This document shows, in pieces, positions 10,411 to 18,141 of a stretch of DNA of 64,000 bases. Below the pieces are notes generated by a model that made no database searches, had not been told where the DNA came from, and was given only the letters and a program-made list of their open reading frames with translations. Source of the stretch: Patescibacteria group bacterium (GTDB lineage: Bacteria > Patescibacteriota > Patescibacteriia > PEXW01); the NCBI GenBank assembly GCA_041665345.1, contig JBAYJA010000002.1, forward strand, positions 97,252 to 161,251. Reading direction: 5' to 3'. The translations under genes and the position numbers were made by a program. Numbering within the stretch: position 1 is the stretch's first letter; each line of letters opens with the position of its first letter.

Positions 10411-11196
10411 TTAGAAGCTGAAGCCTACTTCAGCAAAGTCTACGTTACCATCTGGGGTAAAAGCCCGTAAGGCCTTTACCCGGATGTGTTTCGTGGCGTC
10501 GAGTCTGACGCCGAGCGCGCGGTTATGGACCTCGCCGTCGTTGACGGCGTAGAACAACCGGAAGGACTTATAGTCCAAGTTCACAATCCCAGACAACTGG
10601 TCCTCGCGACCACCGTTGTACCAGGTCTTGCCACCGTAGGCATTGACCTGGAAGGTGTGCCGAATGTTTACCTTTGGCGTTGTGAACCCCGCCGTTTTGG
10701 CAAAGTCTTCTTGCCACAGTAACTCAATACCGTGGAAGGTTAGAGCCGCTGAGAACTCGTTTGTCCGTACAGCGTACAGACTAAGTGCACCACGGTTATA
10801 CCCAACACCGATACCGTTGCCGATAAAGGTGTACGAGTTATGAACGGGGAACCATAACTTCCCGTTCAATTCATTTGGGGACGGCGTAATCTGGCCGGCT
10901 GCGGTGAACGTCGCACCGACGTAGAGAGTTGCCTCCCCATCGAAGATACTCTTCGGTACGCAGCCCTGAGCCGCGATTACCGTATTCGAAGCGAGGTCGT
11001 ATTGAAACTCGCCGCGGATACTGTCAACGTGGAGGGTCAGTTTGGAAACCGCCCACCGATTCGTGAACGACTTCACAGAATCATGCGGTGCCTGGGTCAT
11101 GATATACCCACCAAACTTGACGCTGTCCACTTGCGCGAACAGCGAAGTTGCCATCACAAGGACGGCAATGATCGAAATGATAACTGACTTAAACAT
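10411..11196 (-). CDS. Secreted beta-rich protein, possible outer-membrane beta-barrel
   Basis: Signal peptide MFKSVIISIIAVLVMATSLFAQV. Alternating hydrophobic pattern, and the C-terminus ...DFAEVGFSF ends in Phe (OMP-like signature). AAGGAGA RBS. Confidence 0.45.
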   Translation of the reverse strand: MFKSVIISIIAVLVMATSLFAQVDSVKFGGYIMTQAPHDSVKSFTNRWAVSKLTLHVDSIRGEFQYDLASNTVIAAQGCVPKSIFDGEATLYVGATFTAAGQITPSPNELNGKLWFPVHNSYTFIGNGIGVGYNRGALSLYAVRTNEFSAALTFHGIELLWQEDFAKTAGFTTPKVNIRHTFQVNAYGGKTWYNGGREDQLSGIVNLDYKSFRLFYAVNDGEVHNRALGVRLDATKHIRVKALRAFTPDGNVDFAEVGFSF

Positions 11197-11330
11197 TTAA
11201 TTCTCCTTGCCCAAAGCCCTGGGCGTTTTATGTCATTTCTTAAATTATCGTTCTCAAGATTCTAACCAGTGAATTACTTCATGGGTTAGAGAGTGAGGGG
11301 GAGGCAGAATGGAACTGGCTCCCCGTAATT

Positions 11331-11681
11331 TTACAATTTTAGCCTCCTTTGCAGAATTTCTAACCCCGTCTTTTGGTTTTTCACCAAAATGATCGGCAGT
11401 TGATTCTCCCGAATGATCTGAGAAATGCTTTCGCTGAGCCCGGCGATGATGAGAAGATTGCTACTCCCCAATATTTCCCGGCAACTCTGCAGGGAATTAA
11501 TCCCCTCAGTCGTCATTTTGCCCACACCCTCCATTGAGAGGACATAGGATACCCTCGTTTTCTTTCTGACCTCTTGAACTAGGAGTGCGCCTCCTAGTTT
11601 ATCGAGCGACCCTCGGCAGGTGATGATCCTGATATCTTCATCGCCAAAATTTTTCAATGAGAGCATGCAATCTCCTTGCAT
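11331..11681 (-). CDS. STAS-domain-like protein (116 aa)
   Basis: SpoIIAA-like size and pattern. AAGGAG RBS. Paired with the downstream STAS gene. Confidence 0.4.
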   Translation of the reverse strand: MQGDCMLSLKNFGDEDIRIITCRGSLDKLGGALLVQEVRKKTRVSYVLSMEGVGKMTTEGINSLQSCREILGSSNLLIIAGLSESISQIIRENQLPIILVKNQKTGLEILQRRLKL

Positions 11682-11783
11682 TTGTTCTTGATTATTTTCG
11701 TTCTCACTGTTTCAACCCATGAACCATTTCACGAGTTGGAGGATGAGGGGGAGCCAGAGTAGTACTGACTCCCCGAAATATCG

Positions 11784-12128
11784 TTACGGTAATGCCGCTA
11801 TTCTCTCAAGGGCCGCTTTCTCGTCTTGAGCGATCTCGAAGATAGCGGACAGCTGAGTGATCTCCATCATCTCTTGGATATACGACGCCAGATCAGTGAG
11901 AACAAAGCGTCTGTTTGCCAGCCGGCAAAGCTTGAGGCAGGTGACCAAGCAGCCAAGGCCCGCGGAGGTGATAAAATCAACTTCCTTGAGGCAAAGGAGG
12001 ATTGGACCCGTTCCTTGCTTTACGATTTCCTCGACCTTCCTTTGCAGTATTTCTCTGCTTAAGATGTCGATTCGACCTTTGCAATGAAGAATGGTCGCCG
12101 AACCTTCGTTTCGGATTGTGATTTCCAT
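11784..12128 (-). CDS. STAS domain anti-sigma-factor antagonist-like protein
   Basis: VDFITSAGLGCLV motif typical of SpoIIAA / RsbV STAS domains. 114 aa. Confidence 0.55.
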   Translation of the reverse strand: MEITIRNEGSATILHCKGRIDILSREILQRKVEEIVKQGTGPILLCLKEVDFITSAGLGCLVTCLKLCRLANRRFVLTDLASYIQEMMEITQLSAIFEIAQDEKAALERIAALP

Positions 12129-12149
12129 GTTTTTTCTCCAAACTTTGGA

Positions 12150-12419
12150 TTAAATAGTTCTGTACCAACTTGCCCCATTCATTAGTTGGACATAGCGAAC
12201 CGGACAATGTTTGCAAGTCCGGGTATGGTATTTCGTTTTTGGTTCAGATGAACCAGTTGGCTGTTTCGTGAACCCGTCAATAATTTTCGCTTCCTCAATT
12301 CGATAGGTCCATACGGCCCAGTGCAGGCGACCTCGGAAGTGAATATTCGGGTTGAGGACGCAGATGAATACGGCGACTAGGAAAGCCACAAATAGTGTCA
12401 CGGTGATAAATTCGAACAT
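12150..12419 (-). CDS. Small membrane protein (89 aa) with CxxC
   Basis: N-terminal TM. C-terminal TCKHCP. AAGGAGA RBS. Confidence 0.4.
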   Translation of the reverse strand: MFEFITVTLFVAFLVAVFICVLNPNIHFRGRLHWAVWTYRIEEAKIIDGFTKQPTGSSEPKTKYHTRTCKHCPVRYVQLMNGASWYRTI

Positions 12420-12557
12420 TTTTTCTCCTTGCCCATTTCTGAGTTTTTTGCTTGTTTACTTTTTTCTCACTTCTCAGCACACTGGAATGTCCTAAGAAGT
12501 GAGAGGCAGCCGGCGGTTAATGCGACGGCTGCCTTTCTCTTAAGGTTCGTTTTTTTG

Positions 12558-13061
12558 CTAGCCAATAGCTTTGTGGAAACGTTTCCAATATTCGTCGTCC
12601 ACACAGGGTTCGCCATCGTCGGTCATCGGAACTTCCAGACTAAGGGTCCAGAGCCCGTTGTATTTTTTGGTAGCGCGGATAACGCTACCGGTTTCACGAG
12701 ATTCGAAGAGGATACTCTTCACCGTCGCATTGGTGAAGACGTAGATCCCATCGGATTCGACGCTTGTTCCGTCGGGTCGTTGGACGAATTCAGTCCCGAA
12801 TAATTCCGGACACTTCGTTAAGTTGTCTTCCATCGTCCATTCTCTTGAGCCGTTCCAATGCGGCGTATTCCAGTACGCCTCCATGAGAACAAACGGGGTT
12901 GTTACCAACCCTTTGTCCTTGATAAATTGCGCAAACCTTTCTGCACAATCTTCAGGGATGACGGCAATGCCGCGTACAGCCACAGCAACAACCTCAAAAT
13001 CAACCTCATAAATTCTCTTTATGATACTGGTTGACACTTGAATCGAACTTTCCTGTAACAT
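12558..13061 (-). CDS. Hypothetical protein (start trimmed to M12)
   Basis: GGAGAAT RBS 5 nt before the ATG at 13061 (MLQESSIQ...). No recognisable domain. Confidence 0.45.
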   Translation of the reverse strand: MLQESSIQVSTSIIKRIYEVDFEVVAVAVRGIAVIPEDCAERFAQFIKDKGLVTTPFVLMEAYWNTPHWNGSREWTMEDNLTKCPELFGTEFVQRPDGTSVESDGIYVFTNATVKSILFESRETGSVIRATKKYNGLWTLSLEVPMTDDGEPCVDDEYWKRFHKAIG

Positions 13062-13180
13062 TTTATTCTCCTTTGCCTTCTCAGGCTTGCGCAAATATTG
13101 TTTTTCTCACTTCTCAGTACACCGTTATATGTCCTAAGAAGTGAGAGGCAGCCGGCGAAAAGCGTCGGCTGCCAAGTAAC

Positions 13181-13357
13181 CTACGTCCTGGTCTGATTGC
13201 TAATTTTTAGCACCAGAATCGTGGTGATGATTACCATCACCACACTCAGGATCGAGAAGGCCAGTGTGGCCTTCATGTTCTGCGCCATCATGGCGCAGAA
13301 CGCGAGAATCAGGGTAATAGAGTGGCAGACCAATATTCTGAAGATTTTTTCTAACAT
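13181..13357 (-). CDS. Small membrane protein (58 aa; start corrected)
   Basis: The track ORF start at 13441 lies inside a leader block shared with the non-coding 11716-11745. AAGGAGA RBS precedes the ATG at 13357 (MLEKIFRILVCHSITLILAF...). Confidence 0.4.
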   Translation of the reverse strand: MLEKIFRILVCHSITLILAFCAMMAQNMKATLAFSILSVVMVIITTILVLKISNQTRT

Positions 13358-13496
13358 TTTTTTCTCCTTGCCCATAGTCTTGGGCGGTATGTTTGTGTTT
13401 ATTGTTTCAATCTCATAGATCCAACCTATGAACCATTTCACGAGTTGGAGGATGAGAGGCAGCCGGCGAAAAGCGACGGCTGCCCTCGAAATAGAG

Positions 13497-13703
13497 CTAG
13501 CGACTTTTACTGATGATTACCTCAGCGGGGACGACGCCGAGAAGAAATTCTGCGAACACTGCGAAGAAGCAGTAGACCGCGATTTCCAACCAGATCAACC
13601 CACCACCGGAAATGCCGATCATTCCGGTGATTGCCATGATCATTGCAGTGGCTACCATGACGGTAAACCATACTGTAATGAAATCCCACTTCATTTTTCT
13701 CAT
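13497..13703 (-). CDS. Small membrane protein (68 aa; start trimmed)
   Basis: AAAGGA RBS before the ATG at 13703 (MRKMKWDFITVWFTVMV...). Most upstream gene of the co-directional array. Confidence 0.4.
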   Translation of the reverse strand: MRKMKWDFITVWFTVMVATAMIMAITGMIGISGGGLIWLEIAVYCFFAVFAEFLLGVVPAEVIISKSR

Positions 13704-14680
13704 TGTTTCCTTTCGTTGGATTTCCTCACTGTCACCCGCACCAGTCCCTCCGGACTCATGCGGGCGGACAGTGTGCCCGAACGACAAACTGTTCAGGACA
13801 CTAAATAAAACAGACCCTCTTCTTTTTATAGGAGAGAGTCTGTTATTGGGTTGTAATCATAAGAATAGATAAATGAATAGTGAAATAATTGCAAATTATC
13901 CAGTCGCTTGTCGCAGCTTTCGCCGCGTTGTTTACACCAACCCACTGGTAGCGGGTAAGGTGCTCTCTCCGTCGACCCCCCAAGCGAAGAGGAGACGACT
14001 ATGGCACTATTCGGTTTTCAACGTTCGGACAGGCCGCTGAAATAACCAGTTCTAGCGTAACGGGGGAGTATATACTGGATTGCCAATCCTGTCAATACCT
14101 AAAAAGGCTAAGGTTAGCCAAAAGGGCTTAGATTAGCCAAAAATACTTATGGTAGATTGTTACGTCCCGCCACCGAGGCGGGATCCCGCCTTCCTTTCCT
14201 CAGAAGTAGAAAGTGGCGGGAAATTACGAAATGAAAGGAGTTACGCCCCGCGGAGCGGGGTCCCGCTTCGCGGGAAATATACGAATTACGAATGGGGATA
14301 CGGATGAATGGAAGGGATGGCAGGACGGGTTTGATTCTTGGATAATGACTGGTTCAAGTAATACAAGGGTTTGCCTGGTAAGGACTACCTCCCCCTACCC
14401 CCTCCTTCGAAAGGAGGGGAGGGTGTTTTTGGTTATGTACAGACCAAGGTGTATTTGTACGTTTCCTCCCCTTTCGAAGGGGAGGACAGGTGGGGTAACC
14501 CTTACCGGGTGAAAGTATGAATATGAACCCAGCTTTCTCCTTACGCCATACTTCTGCTATGGGGTATTGACAAGCTCCAAATACCATGCTACCTTTAGTT
14601 GTTTTTCAGGTAGTGCCACGCAAGGTGCAAGGAGCAACAAGCGTGGTGTTGGGTGATTAACTTTCCAAGGAGGAATTTGC

Positions 14681-14782
14681 ATGAAGCAGGGGATTATTGT
14701 GACGCCGGATATGCGTATTATTCGCACTGGCGGCTCGATCAATGATAATGCCGACGCGCTCGTTCAAGCGCGCGAGAAGTAA
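14681..14782 (+). CDS. Small peptide gene (33 aa) with internal Gly-Gly
   Basis: AAGGAGG RBS 7 nt upstream of the ATG. MKQGIIVTPDMRIIRTGGSINDNADALVQAREK. An 11-bp stem hairpin (14797-14823) follows the stop. Not in the ORF track because it is under 60 aa. Confidence 0.3.
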   Translation: MKQGIIVTPDMRIIRTGGSINDNADALVQAREK

Positions 14783-14957
14783 AGTTCGTTCAGCATCGAG
14801 CCGGTTCCATGGAGGAACCGGCTCACATTTTATCCTCCTACGTCTCGATGACGAGACTTCGGAGGACAAGTCCCTCGTTTTGCTCACGGAACTTCGAGGG
14901 CGAGCCCTCCTTTCGAAGTTTGCCTAATCATTCACCCCTCCCTATACTCACCTCACT

Positions 14958-15779
14958 ATGCGTAAAAGTGTTCTCACAATCCTAACGATTGCAGCGCTCC
15001 TCCTTATTGGTGGAGGCGTGTGGGTTAGCAAAGGCGATGATATCCGCGCTCGGTTTTTTGACGACCAACCTGAGGAATTGCCAGTTGCGGTAGAGGCTGA
15101 CCCTGAGCTTGGGAACGAGAGCACCAATGTTGTGGTGAGTAATGCAAACACGAATGTTCCAGTGGTCGCCGGGGAAACTGTGGAAGCGGTGGCTAAACTA
15201 CCCAGCCAGTACAACCTGGCTGTGCCCTTTGTGCTCCAAGCGCCCACAGCAAACTGGGACGCCGTGCACAATGAAACCTGTGAAGAAGCTGCGGTGCTCA
15301 CCGTACACTACTTCTGGACAAAGGTGAAAGGTGCAACTGCCCCACAGATTGAGACACAGTACTCCAAAATGATTGCCTACGAGAACAAGACCTTTGGCGA
15401 CTTCAAAGACACCACTGCAGCGCAGACCGCCAAGATGATCAAAGATTTGTACGGCTACAAACGCGTGGATGTGCTGCCCATGAAATCACTGAACGACGCC
15501 AAAGTGCATGTGGCTGCTGGCCGGCCGGTGATTATCCCTTCCTCAGGGAAATTGCTGAAGAACCCGAATTTTAAAAATGGCGGTCCGCTGTACCACATGC
15601 TGGTCATCCGCGGCTGGATGAAAGATGGCCGGATTATTACCAATGACCCAGGGACGCGGAAGGGGAATGGGTACGTGTACAAACCAGACATTCTCTGGAA
15701 CGCCATCCATGATTGGAATGGTGGGAAGGTGACGACGGGGAAGAAGGTAATGATCGTCGTCTACCCGAACGGCAAGTAA
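14958..15779 (+). CDS. YvpB / C39-like (Peptidase_C39_2) cysteine peptidase domain protein, membrane-anchored
   Basis: N-terminal TM. LQAPTANWDAVHNETCEEAAVLTVHYF resembles the Q...GCEx(T/A)S catalytic-Cys region of YvpB-like C39_2 proteins, with a later His (LYHMLVIRGW). Confidence 0.5.
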   Translation: MRKSVLTILTIAALLLIGGGVWVSKGDDIRARFFDDQPEELPVAVEADPELGNESTNVVVSNANTNVPVVAGETVEAVAKLPSQYNLAVPFVLQAPTANWDAVHNETCEEAAVLTVHYFWTKVKGATAPQIETQYSKMIAYENKTFGDFKDTTAAQTAKMIKDLYGYKRVDVLPMKSLNDAKVHVAAGRPVIIPSSGKLLKNPNFKNGGPLYHMLVIRGWMKDGRIITNDPGTRKGNGYVYKPDILWNAIHDWNGGKVTTGKKVMIVVYPNGK

Positions 15780-15782
15780 AAA

Positions 15783-16440
15783 ATGTAATAAACAAGCGCG
15801 GGTCTCTGTGCCCGCGCGCAGGCAGAGACGCCTGCGCTTGGGTGTTTATTATTGTCATCCTGAATCCCGTAGCGGGATGAAGGATCTCCGAAGTTGGTAT
15901 ATTGTTCGGAGATTCTTCCGCCTACGTTCAGAAACTTCGGCGGACAGGTCGTAAGACTCAGAATGACAGAAGGAGGAGGGGGTAGGCCAAAGCCCTCGCT
16001 TTGGCCTTTGCTATAAGTTGCTTTTCCCCCTCAGCCACGAGCGACCCACCTACATTGTTGCGATTTCGGCCACTGGCCCAGTGGGCGGGCAGGGGGCTCG
16101 CGGCTACCCCACGTGGGTAGGCGTGGTCCCTTGACCTCGCCTAATGGAAATCCGCCCGGGTCAAGGGACCCGGGCTACCCAAGGTGTGTGCTTGTTTCAG
16201 GACTGTCCAGCAAGATCCTTCCGCCTACGTTAAGAAACTTCGGCCACTGGCTCAGAGGGCGTACAGGTCGAAGACTTGGGATGACAGAAGGAGTGGGTAG
16301 GCGGGGCTTTCATGCCCCGCCATGTACAAAGCCAATAATCCTTGAACCAAGTGCTGAGGCATAAAAGCCTCAGCTACCCCCTTGGTTTGTAAATACCAAA
16401 AAGCCCCGGGCAGATGCACGAGGCTTGGTTTGAATGAGCG
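15783..16440. repeat. Intergenic repeat cluster sharing several blocks with 22190-22520
   Basis: AGCGCGGGTCTCTGTGCCCGCGCGCAG (15793) matches 22388. GGCGGGGCTTTCATGCCCCGC (16296) matches 22207. A roughly 70-bp block at 16040-16110 is the reverse complement of 22240-22300. Confidence 0.5.
15854..15967. mobile_element. MITE-like element, family A (114 bp)
   Basis: Terminal inverted repeats TGTCATCCTGAATC ... GACTCAGAATGACA. The internal block CTTCCGCCTACGTTCAGAAACTTCGG recurs at 16200 and 41600. Confidence 0.45.
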
Positions 16441-16445
16441 TGTTG

Positions 16446-17072
16446 TTACTTGAAGATCTGGCCGACGTACGGCAGGAGCCAGCCCATGAGGAAACCAGCG
16501 GCTACGTAGTAGAATGTCCAAAGGGTATGGCCGAGCATTGCTCCTCTGAGGAATTCATTGATGTCCATCCCGTTTTCACCGGCTGCAATGTTGATATGGC
16601 CACAGTACGCTGCAAATTTTCCAATGCGACTTCTGAGTACGACATTTTGATCGGTTCGTAATGCGTTTAAAGCACCCTTATACCGTTCAGACGATCGCAC
16701 ATTGCCGAATGGAAGTCCAAGACGTCCGGCATTAAACCCAGCGAGTGAACCTGCAACCGCAGCCGCAACAATAGGTAATCCTGCTAAAAGGAACCACCAG
16801 CTTAATCCCTGACCAATGCCCCAACCTAAGAGAAGTGGGGCAAACATATTTGGTAATCCCGGAACGTAGTTTCCAACGAACACCCAGAAGATGAGCAGCA
16901 GACTGATAGTCAAGAAAAGAGGCGGATTTGCTTGTGCTACGTTGATTATAGATTGCGAGCTAAAAGCCGTAAGCAGAGCGAAACCGATGAAGAATATCCA
17001 CCACCCGGCGGTGCACCATTTCGGAAACGTGTCCCAAAACCACACGCCTTTCATGTTCGTTTCATTTGTCAA
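16446..17072 (-). CDS. Polytopic membrane protein
   Basis: 208-aa hydrophobic ORF. GGAGG lies 12 nt before the first ATG. The start is uncertain (alternative M7). Confidence 0.45.
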   Translation of the reverse strand: MTNETNMKGVWFWDTFPKWCTAGWWIFFIGFALLTAFSSQSIINVAQANPPLFLTISLLLIFWVFVGNYVPGLPNMFAPLLLGWGIGQGLSWWFLLAGLPIVAAAVAGSLAGFNAGRLGLPFGNVRSSERYKGALNALRTDQNVVLRSRIGKFAAYCGHINIAAGENGMDINEFLRGAMLGHTLWTFYYVAAGFLMGWLLPYVGQIFK

Positions 17073-17162
17073 AGTTACCTCCTATTTGAAATCAGTCATT
17101 TGTATTTCAACACACCGTACGTGGATTTTCAGTTTTTGTCAAGGACTTGGTATACTACCCCC

Positions 17163-18134
17163 ATGTTCCAGACCCGAACTTTTGCGTTGCCTGATGGTGA
17201 GGTTATTACCTTTGGGGACACCCGGCAAGGGGAGGCTGATACCCGGCCAGTGCTTCTGCTTCTGCCTGGCCAAAAGCGTCTGCCACCCGGGCAACTTTCT
17301 GGTGACTTCATTGCTGAACAAGTTGACTTCCTGCTGCCGGAGTTCCGGGTGATCATGTGGAACTACCGGTTCAATGACTATCCAGGTGAAAAGATAAATA
17401 TTCCTCGTCTGGCACAAGACCTAGTGGCATTTTTGGCTGCGGAAAAAATTGACCAGGTGTGTTTGTACGGCTACTCGTACGGCGGCATGGTCGCCATTCG
17501 CCTGGCCAGCCTGGTGCCGCAGAAAATCAAAGCCATGGTGCTGCTCAATGCGTTTCCCTACCTCTCCTTTACCTGGTTTGGCTTCAACCGGATTACCCTG
17601 CGGTTCCTGCTCCACCTGTCGGTTATTCCCAGCAATGTTTCTTCCCACATTCGGGAAAGCATGTACCCGTCCTTTCGCCAGCACCCCAATGGGTACCACG
17701 GTATCATTGGTCGCTTTTGCAATTGGCTGAGCCACCACGCCTTGGACACCATCTGGATTCACATCTGGAGTCCGCGCATTTGGTCTGCGCTCAAAGACGA
17801 CGTGCGGCCGTTGCTCCCTAGTATTACCGCACCAACGTTGATTTTGGGTGGGCGGGCAGACGCGGCCTGCTCCTTGGAATCCGCGCGGGAATTTAAGCAG
17901 GGTTTGCCCAACAGTCAGTTGGAAGTGCTGGATAGCGCCGGGCACTACACCGTGCGCATTTGGCCAGAGTCGTTCAACCGGCCCATCCGGTCGTTTCTGG
18001 TGCAGCAGTACGGACTGCCAGAAACCGCCATGCCTATTCCACACCGAACCCCGCCGGCACCCATGCCTGCGGTTCGCCTGCTGCGAACGCTCGTGGTACA
18101 GTATTGGGAGTGGCTTCGTTCCCGCTTTCGCTAA
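17163..18134 (+). CDS. Alpha/beta hydrolase fold protein
   Basis: GYSYGG nucleophile elbow (GxSxG). The start is trimmed to the ATG at 17163 because the upstream extension overlaps the convergent membrane gene. Confidence 0.65.
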   Translation: MFQTRTFALPDGEVITFGDTRQGEADTRPVLLLLPGQKRLPPGQLSGDFIAEQVDFLLPEFRVIMWNYRFNDYPGEKINIPRLAQDLVAFLAAEKIDQVCLYGYSYGGMVAIRLASLVPQKIKAMVLLNAFPYLSFTWFGFNRITLRFLLHLSVIPSNVSSHIRESMYPSFRQHPNGYHGIIGRFCNWLSHHALDTIWIHIWSPRIWSALKDDVRPLLPSITAPTLILGGRADAACSLESAREFKQGLPNSQLEVLDSAGHYTVRIWPESFNRPIRSFLVQQYGLPETAMPIPHRTPPAPMPAVRLLRTLVVQYWEWLRSRFR

Positions 18135-18141
18135 GCTGCAA

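Noticed and set aside
13358-13441. N-terminal extension of the 13181 ORF through CATGAACCATTTCACGAGTTGGAGG.
   Set aside because: The same sequence is intergenic at 11716-11745. The RBS-supported ATG at 13357 gives a compact 58-aa membrane peptide.
406-13800. Integron attC sites between the array genes.
   Set aside because: The hairpins lack recognisable R'' / R' cores (RYYYAAC ... GTTRRRY) and the extrahelical-base pattern. No intI is in the window. Kept only as a hypothesis to test, not annotated as attC.
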